Shown here in pieces: positions 38,901-53,869 of a stretch of DNA of 64,000 nt (positions within the stretch are counted from its first letter, which is position 1; every line of letters starts with the position of its first letter). The notes below the pieces were generated by a model that searched no databases, had not been told where the DNA came from, and worked only from the letters and a program-made list of their open reading frames with translations. This stretch comes from Takakia lepidozioides (Eukaryota; Plantae; Bryophyta), in assembly GCA_030704615.1 (NCBI GenBank), contig CM060732.1:63550001-63614000 (forward strand). Direction: 5' to 3'. The position numbers were made by a program, and so were the translations under genes.

Positions 38901-39849
38901 CACCAAAATGTTAAGAGCCTCCCTAGCAAATGCTCATCATAGAACAACGACGACTTACACATTGTATTGAGAACTCCAAGACTCAAAATGGTCATTTGTA
39001 TGAATTATGACTGCAGAACTGGGAGCTCAACTCTCACACTCGAGACTACATTGAGAGCAAAGCCTCTTTGGCTCTTGTGGCAAGTAGTTTTCTCTTCAAC
39101 AAGCAAGGGAAGTGTCTGGGAGGGAAGGGAGGCTTTGCTTCAGCTTGTGCTCTGGTCAAGCAGACCTGTATCGAGGTGCTTGTGCTTCCAGCTTATCTTT
39201 GTTGTCACTGCCTTGAGATACCTACGCAGGTGTTCATTTTGTGAGGGCATTCGGAAATTTTTGTTCACATGCTCTGCTTTTGAGGTGGACTGAAAGCCAA
39301 GGCATCCAGTGCTGAATAGATCAAAGCAAGAAATTTCTGCAAAAAATCTACAGTCAGTGCTTCCCGCACACTTGGGTACCACATACTCCAATGAATCTTT
39401 GTCTTCACTCCAAGTGTCAATGTCCCATGTGAATCATACCTGCCTTGGCTGAAACTGGAACTCGCAGGCCCTGCACCTTTAGTGCCCTCCTTTACAATCA
39501 AGCTCACTTCAAGAATCCAGTTGTATCACTCTTGATGTTCCCTCCAAGCGGGGTGAAGCCTGACCGAGTCACACTTATTTGCGTGCTCAATGCATGTGCT
39601 AGCCTATGAGCCCTCCAAAAGGGTAAGGAGGTTCATGCTGACATGTGATAGCTGGAATTGAGTTTCACACAAATCTGGACAATGCGTTTTGGGTAAGTAG
39701 ACTGTCATGGTGCCCCAAGTTTTTCAAAGATTGTTGGGAGTATTAATGATATGAAGCGTCACACACCCTAGGGTACCTGAACGTTGAGTAGCTGTTATTA
39801 GTCAGTTCTAATAGTTTCTGTTACATTGGTTGGTACAACGTTTTAAGAT

Positions 39850-41090
39850 ATCATTGCATCAAGGCAGATACTCCTGCTTGTGTTGTGATTATAAAGACTT
39901 TTGATAGCCTAGTCATTTCTCTTAGTAGTCAACAAAGCTTAACTACAGAAAGGGTAACTGAAATGCTACGATAAGAAGAGATGAGGCGAAGAGATTTCGG
40001 GGTTGGGACAACTGAGAGTGTTGTTTTATTTGCTGGAAGGAATCAAATTCTAAAAATAAAAGAGCCTTAGAAGCAAATAAAAATAACAATATGAGTCTTA
40101 GTAGTACACCAACAAAAAGGTCGTCAAATAGTTTGTCAAGTAGTTCTCTTACACCTACGAAAAAGGAATTTAAGGGTAAATGTTTTTACTGTAAGAAAGT
40201 CGGTCACATGGCGAGCAATGTTAGGAAGAGAAATGGAGAAAACGGTAGATAAGAAGGGAGATGGAAAGACCCAAGCTAACTCAGTGGAGGATCCTGATAG
40301 TACTGCTTGTGAGAAACTATTCGTTACAACTTTCTCTACTTCTTTCTCAAAGGATCTTGATGACTGGTATATTGACTCGGGGGCTTCTCAACATATGACC
40401 TCTAACAAAGATATGTTTGTAAAGTACAAACAATGAGATCTTGTTCGGAAGGTTTACTTGGGAGATGACAGTAATCACATAATTCAGGGTCAAGGCCAGG
40501 TTTGCTTTATGCAAGAAAAAAGAAGTATATAGATGATGAGTTATTTGTTCTAGGGTTGACCAAGAATTCACTGTCAGTGAGTAAAGTTATGGACTCTAGA
40601 TTACAACTTGAGTTTCATGCTAATTATTGTCTTTTAAAGATGGAGATGTGGTGGCGAAGGGTGTGAGAGAAGATAACTTTTATAAGTTGTGTGCTTCTTC
40701 AGTCTTATCTCAAGATAAAGCTTCTGAAAGTGCTTTAATCGTCAAAGACAGAAGAATTGATCTTTGGCTGGCCTATCTTAGTATTAAAACTCTACGTCTA
40801 ATGCATTCTAAGAACATGGTTCAAGATTTCAATATTGATTGCTCAGTTGGAACCTCTTTTTGCGAAGAGTGCATATTTGGCAACAACTAGGCTTTATTTC
40901 CTAAAGGAGGAGGAAGTCGTGTCATGGAGCTGTTGGAGTTGGTACATTCAGATGTTTGCGGCCCCATGCAAATAATATCAATTGGAGGAGCAAAATGCTT
41001 TATGACGTTCATAGATGATTTGTCTAGAAGAACACTAGTTTATTTTCTGAAGAATAAAAGTGAAGCTTTAGACATGTTCAAGATCTATAA
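39850..41090 (+). mobile_element. Ty1/Copia internal region remnant (gag-protease-integrase)
   Basis: Zinc knuckle CFYCKKVGH (~40180), protease WYIDSGASQHMT, GAG-pre-integrase FCEECIFG and integrase LELVHSDVCGP...FIDD, in Copia order, with stops and frameshifts. Confidence 0.9.
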
Positions 41091-41329
41091 GTCTCCGCTT
41101 AGCGAGAATTCGGATAGGTTGGTGGAAGTTCCTTGTGGTGTTTCTGCTCTTTTCTTTTCTAGGCCCCCGAGTTTGTTGTGATTCAGCTGTTGCACTCCGG
41201 TGTGACTATTGGCTTGAGCCTCAAGGCCTGATTTAGCTGTCCATGAGTGTAACAAATGAGTGAAGATATCCCTGGAGATCATAGGTGGCAGTACTCCAGA
41301 CCACCTTCTATAAAATCCATTGTCTACCT

Positions 41330-41610
41330 CTTATGTGCAGTGCAGTCATGGACGCTACTTCAGCAATGCCAATCAGGGCGTTTTGGAACTTTTAGCGTCA
41401 AGGACTAGATTCATCTAATTGTCTCTTAAGCTCATTATGATGTTAGCCCTAACATTCTGATCTTTTCTATCCATTACAGCTTGGCCAATTGCAACATCAG
41501 GTCTTACATCTGACCCATCAATCAATCCCCACCAGTCTTTGTCTAGAAGAATCATTTCTATTCTAAACTTCCAGGACTGGTAGTTGGTTCCAATGAACCG
41601 ATCTTCTACT
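41330..41610 (-). mobile_element. Copia gag N-terminal fragment, opposite orientation
   Basis: The minus strand translates RFIGTNYQSWKFRIEMILLDKDWWGLIDGSD, typical of a Copia gag start. Confidence 0.7.
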
Positions 41611-41611
41611 C

Positions 41612-42660
41612 TTATATCAAATTCTTAAAGGTACATAGCCCATCTAGCAAGTCTGCCATGAAGTTCTTTTGCTTAACAAAAGCCTTAAGTGGAAGATGAT
41701 CAGTCTCTACCACAAACCAGCTACCATGCAAATATTGCCTGAAATGCTTCACACCAAATACTAAGGCCAAACCCTTCTTATCAGTTATGGAATAGTTTCT
41801 TTCATAACGATCAAGAATGTGAGATGCATAAGCTATTATATGCTCATTGCCTTCTACAACTTGACATAAGATTGCAGATATGGCCACATCTGATGCATCA
41901 GTTTGAAGTAAGAAACATAATTCAAAGTTGGGAAACATCAAGATGGGAGCTGAACACAAAGCCTTGTGAAGGGTGTCAAAGGCAGACTGCTGGGAGAAGA
42001 TCCATTCAAACCTGACATCTTTGCACAATACCTTGGTTAGAGGGTGAGCAAGCTTGGCAAAGTTCTCAATGAAGCGCATATAATAAGAAGTCAGACCCAG
42101 GAAGGATTTGATACAATGTTTCCCTGGGAATATGAAAGCCCCAAACAGACTCAAGCTTTGAAGGATTAGGAAACAAACCATCCTTGGAGAGGATATGACC
42201 AAGAAAGTGTAGCTCAGGCATGAATAGTTCACACTTCTTGCAATACGCAATTTGCTGAACATACGCTACAGGTCAGTCAAGTTGGCATCAAAACTGGCTG
42301 AACATACATTGATATCATCCACATAAATTAAGGCACATTCCCAGTGAAGATTTTCCAAGACAATGTCCATGAGGCATTAGAAGGTGGAGGTGGCATTGCA
42401 TAAATCAAAGGGCATGGTCTCATATTGGTATTTGCCCATGCGACACACAAACGAGGTCTTTTCCTTGGCTGCTTTAGTGAGAGGAACTTGCCAAAAACCA
42501 GAAGCAAAATCAAGAGAGGAGAAAATTGTAGCACCATGCAATTGATCCAAGGTCTCATTGATCCTAGGTAAATGGTAGGCATCTTTTTTAGTGATGTCAT
42601 TCAGTTTCATGAAGTCAACACAAAAATGAGTGGTGTTATCTTTCTTTCCAACCAGGACAA
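41612..42660 (-). mobile_element. Ty3/Gypsy RT-RNase H remnant
   Basis: KLNDITKKDAYHLPRI, FSSLDFASGFWQV, MPFDLCNA, YVDD (~42315), SFLGLTSYY and LQTDASDVAISAIL, with frameshifts. Confidence 0.92.
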
Positions 42661-43672
42661 AACTCTATTTTAACTAATTCTGGTCTTTTGTTTAGTCCAA
42701 AAATAGTACAAGATATATAAATAATTTTAATCTATAATAGAAATAAAGATATATATGTATAATTATTTGACTATTTGTGCACTGTATACAACGAATTATA
42801 TAATCCTCCACACATTCTACGCAAAAATACAAGATGAACGTCCACTGCCAAGTTGACGTTCATTAAAAGGAATGGGATGATGCAATGAATCAAACAATGA
42901 GGAGAGCTCCGATATCCAAAATGACATACACAAACAAACATGGAACAATGGCAGAACCAAATATGAAACAATGATGGCATATGATGAAGAGGAAAACATG
43001 GAAAAACGAGTATATCGGGACCTGATTGATGATTTGAAACATTTATATTTTATTTGAGATTATATCATTCAAGACGATGGACCAACAGAAAAATGAACGT
43101 CAACTGTCCATCCGTTCATGGACATAATGCCATACAAGTCATAGATTCTGAAGCCATAGAACTATTACGGCTTATACTAACTTATTAATAATACTGAGCC
43201 TCCTCCCAAACGGCTCGCAGTCAAGGCATGTGTCCGAAGATGCCTCCGGTTACCACAGCCACTTGCAACGGTCTCCGCACCAGAGGACATGGAGATACTT
43301 TCAGGAAGGTGAAACCGGCTGACATTATCATCTGAAATGTTACTCCCAACTCTACTTGATGCCCTTGAAGCCTGCCGGCACGCCCGCCATTCTTCCCAAT
43401 CACGCAGCTCTTGTTCCTCTTTTAGAATTCGTTCCTTGAATGTAAATGGGGACAAGCGATTGAAATGACAAATGTTAGGCCCAAAGTGGAAGTTTTGCAT
43501 ATGGATTTGTTGAGGTAAGAGTGCAAATGCAAATGCAAAAGCAAAAGCAATTTTGGAAAATCAAATTCTGAACAAACAACAAAACAGTGGGATCCACATG
43601 CCTACCAAGGTAATCAGGTTCTTTTTGTTGTGGGATCCAAACACGAGGATCAAGATATCTTCCATATCAGGC

Positions 43673-44383
43673 CTAGCAGGCATGGTCTTGACCAATAGGC
43701 TTATGATAACACTTTGTCCGGTTCTCGCTAATGTAATCAACGACCGTTGAAGCTCCAGCCATCTCCGATATATATGGCCACACTGCTTTTGTCATATCAT
43801 CCCGGTCATGCAAGCCGTTTGGTGAAGGCTTGAATGAGAAAGGGAAGAATCCAGTATTTTGTGGGTTTCGCAGGCCTTTTGGTGGCTCATCATCTACAAG
43901 AAGTGTTTGCCCATGCGCAGCAAACGGTCTACCAGGGTACCTGACAATAACACTTTGAATATCCTTCACGAGATATTTCATCACGGGCCTGATATAACCG
44001 GTGGTATCCTAACAATCCTCAGCAGACCATATGAAGCAAAACTTTTTCGCTATTTTCGTGGGGACGAAGCTCTCCAACATCCTACAAAGAACACCTCTAT
44101 CAGCACATGACCAAATGGCCACGTGAAAATGCTTCAATGCAGGGTCCAGAAACTCTAAGATTCCAGACCGAGGCACCACAAATGGTCTGTCAGGAACTTG
44201 GAGTGTCACATTCCTGTAACAAAATTTCTCCTTAAACAGTTCACCGCCGGTTGGGGGTGGCCGGTAGCAGATGAGTCCGTTGACACTCAAAATTAACATC
44301 CTTCTAAGGCGTTTTCTCCTGCAACTGTCGATGGAGACGGTGGAGGTTGCCACCAAGAACGTGTGGGAGAGCGGCAACCACAA
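43673..44383 (-). pseudogene. Intronless FCP1/NIF-like HAD-superfamily phosphatase homologue, disrupted
   Basis: ORFs 44009-44383 and 43673-43984 are in one frame, separated by a single TAG. Motifs LILSVNGL (DxxG site), VAIWS, FCFIWSAEDC, TLLVDDEPPKGLRNPQNTGFFP and WPYI. Confidence 0.75.
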
Positions 44384-44679
44384 ATCGTTTGTGGCTTATG
44401 CAAGATTTGCTTCGGAACCGGTACAGATTTTGTTATCTGACACCATGGCGAAGGTGCGCAAAGGATGAAACTCTTTCGTTGTCTCCCCTGACCTGCTTCG
44501 GTTGCTTTCGAATGTCACACGGGCACTGAGTGCTTTTTTAAAATATCTCATCCACAGAGGGACTCTATTAGAGTTATTGATGACTTGCGAGGCGCGGATG
44601 ACTTATATTTGTACATCATCCTCTCGTACTAAGTGAAAACAATATCGATCAGTTTGACATTTTTTTCCGACGGCATAGG

Positions 44680-45262
44680 CCAACCTAGGAATCCTGGAAA
44701 AGGGCAAAAAGGTACATGCTGACATCATCAAAACTGGGATTATACCATATTTCATTCTCGAGAATGCCCTTGTGGACACGTATGCAAAGTGTGGCTAAAC
44801 GATTCGCGTCAAGTGTTTGACAATTGGCTCAACAAGATGTTGTCTCATGGAGTACAATGTTAACAGGATATGCTCAGCATGGGTATAATAAAGAGGCTAT
44901 AGACATATGTGAGCAAATGATAAGGGAATGTTTCAAGCCCAACAAAGTTGTGTTGATTTGCATTCTCAATATGTGCGCGCGTCTTGCCGCCCTGGAAAAA
45001 GGCATATAGATCCATGGTGCCATCATCAAAGCTAGGATATTGACACGGATATCCAGCATGGGTATGGTAGGGAGGCTCTTCGTGTATTTGAACACATGCA
45101 ACAGAAAAGGTGAATGGTATCACCTTTGTATGTCTTCTATTGGCATGTAATCACGGGGGGTCTAGGCCAGCACTATTTTGATCCCATGAGTCGAGATCAT
45201 GGGCTCAATGCTACTGTGGAACATTATGGCTGCATGGTGGACCTTTTTTACCGTGCATGGTG
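44680..45262 (+). pseudogene. PLS-class PPR pseudogene fragment
   Basis: LEKGKKVHADIIK, DVVSWSTMLTGYAQHG and TVEHYGCMVDL, with stops, frameshifts and an internal deletion; similar to the intact PPR gene. Confidence 0.9.
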
Positions 45263-45635
45263 GAATCTGAACGCTGCTTTGTCACCATCCACAATGGATT
45301 TCCTCCAGGAGTATGCAGGTGCAACTCCTACCCTAAATCCTCTCGTGGACACTTGCATGCCAACTGCAAATGGCATCTTCTTGAAATTGCATGCATCACA
45401 AGAGAGACTCATCTACATTGTTTTTTGCATACAATTTCTAGCCAATATGGCAGTTTGGATTGACATTTATCTTCCTTCTTTGCGGCTGTCATTGTGCTAT
45501 TGCAGGGCATGTGGATGATGTTGGGTGTGATGGGGCACCATCCGTGTCAAGAAGCAATAGGTTTGTGTTCTCCCACTGTGTGTAAGCTCAAATCTGTGGT
45601 GACCCAGTAGCCTAGTTACAGAGTGCAAGTGATTT

Positions 45636-46500
45636 GAGCCCTGGAAAGTGGCAGGGGAATCCATGCTGATATCATCAAAACTGGAATTCAGTCAGAAAAT
45701 ATTCTGACACCGCTCTTGTCCACATGTATGCCAGTTGCGGGAGTGTGAAGGATGCGCATGAAGTGTTTGACAGAATGTCTAAGCACGATGTGGTCTCATG
45801 GAGTGTCGTGATCACAGGCTATGCTCAGCTTGGACATGGCGAAGAGGCTCTCAAAATCTATGAGCAAATGGAACAGGAAGGGGTGATACCTGACAGAGTC
45901 ACGTATATTACCATTCTCGATGTCTGTGCTAGCTTAGAGCACTGGAAACAGGGAAGCAGATCCATGCTGACATCAAGGAAGTTGGAATTATGTCATATAT
46001 TAATTTGGAGACTACCCTAGTCCATATGTATGCTAAATGTGGGAGTGTGCAAGAGGCACGTTAAGTGTTTGACAAAATGGATAATCATGATAGTGGTGTC
46101 ATGGAGTGCAATGGTCGCAGGATATGCTCAATGTGGTCATGGTGAAGAGGCCCTCAAAATCTATGAGCAAATGCAAAGGGACTGAGTGATGGCTGACAAG
46201 GTTACATTCATCAGTCTGCTCACTTTTGTTTCCATCCTCTCTGGATGCAGCCATGCGGGCCTAGTAGATACGCCGTCCGCTGCTTTGATTCCATTGAAGA
46301 ACATGATCCTACAATGGAACATTTTGGCTGCATGGTAGACCTTCTTGGCCGTGCAGGGGAATTGGACAAGGCAGAGGACCTCATTAACAATATGCCAATC
46401 AAACTAGATGCTTCAGTGTGGGGGGATTTGCTGGTTCTTGCAGAATTCACGGCGAGGTGGAGGTAGCAGAACCGGCTACAAATCAAATTCACCACATGGG
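45636..46500 (+). pseudogene. PLS-class PPR pseudogene fragment ending in E1
   Basis: MYASCGSVKDAHEVFDRM, DVVSWSVVITGYAQ and [21 protein letters not shown]...ASVWG, with multiple frameshifts and stops. Confidence 0.9.
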
Positions 46501-46768
46501 CTTGAAAAATGGGACGACTTCGGACAACAACGACGACTTAGATCCACGCAGACTTGAAAAACTTCCCAAACGGGCGTACCTGCCGGCATGTGTGTTTCTT
46601 TTGAAAAGGAACCTGGCAGAGTCGCATGAGCCGATCGATCCGTCGAGACCTCCTGAACTTCGTACCTGCTGGATATGGTGTCTGAGGCAGGGCTGAAGGT
46701 AAAAATGTGATTGGCAATACTGTCTGCAACTGTGTCAAATGCCCTTGGGTCGCTGTTGGTTTTTCTAG

Positions 46769-48312
<1,544 letters not shown>

Positions 48313-50384
48313 AGTTGTCTCTTAATTAAAACATATAGTAAAGCTGCATGGCCCAAGATTCAAGACCAGTGGCTACCACATCCAACCAAGTGCCCATAGT
48401 AGACCAGAATGTTTTGTAATATTCAGGCTGACATAGTTACAAATCTCAGAAACTTCCTTTCCACATATCCCGGCCCTAAGGTTGGCATCCAATTCTGCAC
48501 AGCTCGATAGATAAGTGGAATTGGAAAGTGGCAGAACAAATATCAATAAATTTTATCAAGACAAAGATTTTTATCAAAACAACTTGGGCATGCACTTCAA
48601 ATAATACAGAAAGAATGTTTTTTCTTAATGATTTAATTAAAGACAAAATACATGACGAACGCTGGAACAAATATGCATTAACTAGAAAACAACAAAGTTT
48701 CTTCATGAAACCGTGACATTAAATAAAAATCCAAACGTTTTGAAATCTAAACCAATTGAAAATAAAGATGAAAAAGATATCATATAAACAGCATTCGTAA
48801 TCCAGATTTTTTAACCACTTGTATAAAAAACGAGCCACGGTCATTACACAAGTCAAATTAATATCAAATGAAATAAATTCTCATCTTTTCATAAAACTTG
48901 GATATAGCCCATCGACGTGGACGTTGTTCTCAGAAGTCATCTTAATAGTGCGGAGGAACGCCCAGCCCTCATGTGTTGTTTTTTCTATATAAGACATTCC
49001 TACAAACTTAGCTAATGGGCTCCGGAACTTGGAAAGTCGGTTGGCAGTGAGTGAAATCCATAAGCTTACACCAGATGGTGAGGAGTTCAAACCCGAGAGT
49101 CCACCCCTTAGTAACAAGGTGCCCTTTTCTTTTTATGAAGCCCTGAAAAATAGGTAAGGAAAAGTTAACCGTGCAGAAAGCCACGAAGGCAGAATAACGA
49201 GGTTCCACTTTCTTTTTTCTCTTCTCTTAAATAAATAGATAAATTCCGATGTAAATTCTGTTTTACAGGCTTGTACCATCTTCAGGCTTTGAGTTAAGGC
49301 CTGAGTGCTTCTCACAACTTCAAACCGAGACGCTGGAAGAAGGTACTGCCTCATACTCTTTGCAAGGGTGCTGCCCTTGGCTCCATGTTTGTTCATACAC
49401 TAACTGACTTCTCATGCCCTCACTCATTGAGTTTTCCTCGCTCTCTCTCCGATGTAGCATCTGCTCTGGCCACCTTGGTAAGCACGCCAATGAAATCACC
49501 CTCGGTCATCACATAATTAGTGAGGACTGGTGATTTGGATTGACACTATTTTACAAGATATGTACTGGTTAATAGGCAAGCTCAGAGGTGGGTTTTTCAG
49601 ACTCATCATCATGGCCACCGGCAAGTTGTAGACATGGAATGCCTGCCATAAGGTTTGCAGGCTAAGGCGCAATTTATCAAGTTCATACGAATTCAAGGCT
49701 GCAACATCCACAGCTCCAGGAGGCTCCCCACGCACTGCCGACCAGAAATGCAATAGAGGACTCACGGAGTTTACCTTTTATGTGGCGTACACAACATCTC
49801 TTAGGAGGCATTATGTTGATTCCAGGCACTGCTACTGTAGCCCTCTCTACCTAGCACAGATTGGGCACATGACGAGAGGAGGAAGAAGTGGATGCGACAG
49901 ACATTTCCACGTGTTTTTCAGACTGATGCTCCACCCAGTGATCTGGCCCAGGGATCCCTGCTGTTTATGGGACAACTGCAGCGAACAGCAGCCATTCCTT
50001 AACCACAACAATGAAGAGCAGTGAGTTGCCAATCATTATACCTGGTACCAAGAAACTGGGTGCACCTCCCCTCCTCCCCCACCCCCTCCCCCACCGGGAA
50101 GTGGACCCTTACGAACCAACAAAGCAGTAAAGTTGAAACGGTCAGTGAAGATTGGGAAGCTGCACAGGATTGTCAAAAGTAAAGTGGAAGGAGCAGCCCT
50201 GGGTCGGACAGGAGATGAAGCTGGGCCTGGCCGGTTACTAATTCAGGCTAAGGCATGGCTGATGCACCTGGCAGAGATCACCAAGAAGTATGTTCCTGTT
50301 GATCCTGTGTTCTGACATTTCTCTTTTCCAGATAAATCAGGTGAACCTGTTGTCAATAGTTGTAGGGTACTTGCTTTTGAGCAA

Positions 50385-50460
50385 CATGAAATGAAATGCA
50401 GTAAAATGGACCTTTATAACGTCTGCAGAAAGCTCAAAGAGCTCATGGGACAAAAGGAAA
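50385..50460 (-). mobile_element. 3' terminus of a LINE related to the 13117-17122 element
   Basis: Aligns by eye with 13121-13185 (ctttataacgtc.gc.gaaag.tc..agagct.atgggacaaaa plus GAAAT repeats). Confidence 0.7.
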
Positions 50461-52899
50461 GCAAGAAACAAGAAAGAATAAAAGACAAAGAGAGAAGCCA
50501 GCAGCAGCCCAAAAGCAACATGAAGCCTTGGTGAGGCATGTTTTCCTAGATTTCTTGTGGAAAGGAAGGAAGAGAGGATAACAAGGTTTTGTTGGGGAGG
50601 ACAGGTCAGCATACTTCAAGAAGATAGAGGATGATGTGCAGCAGCATGCAGAGGCTATTGGGGAGGTTAAATTGGCCTCATGCGTTTGGGTAAGGAAGGG
50701 ATGATTCTCTTATAAATTCTAACAACAAAGTGAAAGTAACCTCTTTTTCTCTCCACTTTTTCTCTCCCCACAGATAAAGAAGGAAATAGAAGCAGTGGAC
50801 GGACCAATGGGCAGGAACTCGAGTTTTTTGCCAAGTCACATGATTCGGTTCAACTTTTCTGTTCTTGTCCGATTGAAGGAAGCCCATGGTCACTCTCTCC
50901 TCATGTTGCCTTGTTTCGGCTATGGAGGTGTGTACTCGGTGCAATTTTTATTCCTTTTGCTGCAACAATCTCTCCATCACAAGCTCTGCTGGAGGCCAGA
51001 ACATTGGAGCGATCCCCCATTGACATAGAATGAAGATTTCTGTCTGTTGGCAGGGAGAACTGAGGTGGGAGTTGGAAGGAGGCTTGCTGGAGACAGTAGT
51101 AGGGGAGGATAAACTAGAGACCCGATCAGGACTGGGTTGTTTGTTGAGATCTGATTCCTGGGGGAGTACACTGATAACTTGGTTAGAATTAGGCGATTTA
51201 TTCAGGATCAATCCTACTGGAGAAGGAACGGGCGGGGGTTTTCCAGCGAGAACTGGTGGTCCAAACTCTCCATTTATATCTACTGTTGGTGGGGTCTCTG
51301 GTTCTGGTTGCTTGGAGGGGTCTTTTGTCTTCTCTGGTTGAAGCACAGCAGAGTTTGCCATTTCTTCTGGTTGGGAAGCAACAGGGTTTGCAGTGTCCCT
51401 GGTTGAGTCACAGCAACTTTCACATGCTGATTCAACTCATCCAATTTCATTAGTACCTTCTGACCTGCACAAACCCATCAGAATATGTTACTAACAGTTC
51501 GAACACCATCCCAAGAAACCTCTTAGTGTGGGATAGAAGCAGAAATGAAAGGAATGAGACTCGATAACATGCATGGAAAGCTCTTTCTGATGGGGGAACT
51601 TGACAATATCCAGCAGCGAATTCCTGGTGCATCACATATTAACATGCAAATCAAACCTGGAGTTACTGAAAATCTCCATTTCATTTCATATTTGAATGAG
51701 TGATAATCTGCAAGTTGCACACTCTGTTAGAGTGGCCACACCTACAAAGATTGACAATTTGAAAGCCAAGTTGACCTTGAAGAGATCATGTTACAGGGGA
51801 AGAGGAAAGGGGAAAAGAAAGAGAAAAGGTGAGACTCGCTTAATTGCTCCAGAGTACAGGATTCTTCTGAGAGCTCCCGACTGAGTTTGCTGATTTTGTT
51901 CTTACTGTTTTTACCCATGGCGAATTTTGACATGGGTGTAGAGCGGAAGGATGGTGTGCGGAAGGAGGCAGGAGGAGTTTGGACATCCTGCCACGGTGGA
52001 CATCCCTTGACCTTTTGTGTGCATTCCGCTTTTCCTCCAGCTCTGCACAATCCAAGCCCGTTGCTTATAGACAACTAGGAGCACAACAGTCTTGGGCCAG
52101 CAATGGCCCTTCATAGCACATGACCGAAGCTATGGGGTGATCGGTCATAGGCACTATAAGAGTCATAGGCCTGTTTATCCTATATGGTGTCCGGCTTTCT
52201 CATAAGTTCTGCATTCTTTAGAGCCGATTGAACTCACTAATAAGAACCTACTCTTGTCACATTTGGATTCTTCATTAACTTGCATGGGCATTGACAAAGT
52301 CCAGATTAGGCATCCTCCATCCCTGTTATGCCTTATCAACCCACTCTAGAAACGCTTATAGGCATACCTATGACAGATTGTAAAAACTTCATAAATAATC
52401 CACAAAATAAATTTCTTTCTCACAGTTAATAAGAATGCAAATGCCTTCATGCCACAATTGGTCCCATGTAGAAATTCTGACAGCAATGCTTATTTCCACG
52501 GAATTGGCATATCCGCCCTATAGCAACTGCATTCAACGGAGGTCTGACTGTTTGATTTGTATCATGAAGTAGATTGTGTTTCAGGTTTGAAGCTTAGGGA
52601 ACTTTTCAGTTTGTGGATGACACGAGGACACCAAAGCACAGCCCAACGTCTCCAGGGAGAGCCTTCATGTCTCACATAACATTGGTGGATTGATCTGATT
52701 TGTGAACATGACGGAGATCCAAAATTATGAGCATTTTTATATTAATAATTTGAGAACCTCACTCAGTCATACGCACCTTGCATATCCTGCCAGAAACATA
52801 TAGACACCAAGCTGTATGGATTGCCGTTCAAACACTATGGCTGACAGTGCATAGAGTATGCAATTCCGTTGCAATGTGCCAAGGCCATGACCAATGTGC

Positions 52900-52999
52900 T
52901 CTGGCTTTCCATGACCAAGATGTCAGGGCACACTCTTTGAACTTCCTCGCATACCGTACTCTTTATATCTCCTTGCTTCAACCAGCCTTCAAACTCCAC
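52900..52999 (-). pseudogene. Universal stress protein A-like exon fragment
   Basis: After a CAG acceptor, VEFEGWLKQGDIKSTVCEEVQRVCPDILVMES resembles the plant UspA-like segment EAWIKxGDPKxVICxEVKRVxPDxLVVGS. Confidence 0.65.
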
Positions 53000-53869
53000 C
53001 TGTCATTAAAGAAAACCCAAACATGAAAAAAATACTGTGTCCGGCTCTCTTGTTCACAGCATTTACGACACCTACGAGGGTCGAACTGATGCTTTCATTC
53101 AATGTACCGACACCCAGAATATCCAATCTGTAATACAAACATAATTGGCCTTTGGAGTTTCCAGTCAGTCACACCAGCTTCAGCAGAGAAATGGAGTCAG
53201 TGAACTCTTCCACTGTACTTTCATGCGCCAAAGTTCGACCAAAGGAGAGGAAAAAGGTTTCGGTGAAAAAGGAGCACGATGTGGATTACTAGATTCCCTA
53301 AGAGGATGCTCCACTCATGGGTACCCGTGATCGAAGAAGCTGTGCACAGAATAATCAACTGGCCTATGTGGACCATAAACTCTATATGAAAAAGAAGACA
53401 GGGAGTTTCGCTATCTAAAAAGATGTCAGCATCAGCCTCATAACTGACCAGGGCATGATCTGCACTTTGCATGCTGTACAATTGGGCAAATTAACCTTGT
53501 CATCTCCTGTTCCACCCATACGAGTCTGAGAAACAAGCCTGGCCCCAGTTTTTCCTCAATTTGATTCACGGAGATTGATTTCAGATACCACACACAATAG
53601 AGAGGGAGAGAGATTGAGACAAGTGGCGAAAGCATGCTGATGGAGTGAATTTTTGAAGACCCAGTCAAGGCATATGATATGACAACACCGACCTGTGGTT
53701 GGATGGTGGTTGACTGGGAAGGGGTCGTTCCACTTGAAGAGAGAAAATGCTGAGCTCATGGCATGGGGATCCATAAGGATTTTGTCATTTGTGTCAACTT
53801 CCTTTTCATCTTCAGGGGGAATGACCGCTGCTCCAATCGCTCCACCCTCATGTTGGAGGGTGCACACGC

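Noticed and set aside
38340-38945. Solo or partial Gypsy LTR
   Set aside because: Only degenerate TGATG/CATCA-like termini and PBS-like sequence; no second copy or TSD to confirm.
49517-51460. Exon-like and Pro/Ser-rich ORFs on the minus strand
   Set aside because: No recognisable family, and interrupted by stops; cannot be called without a database search.
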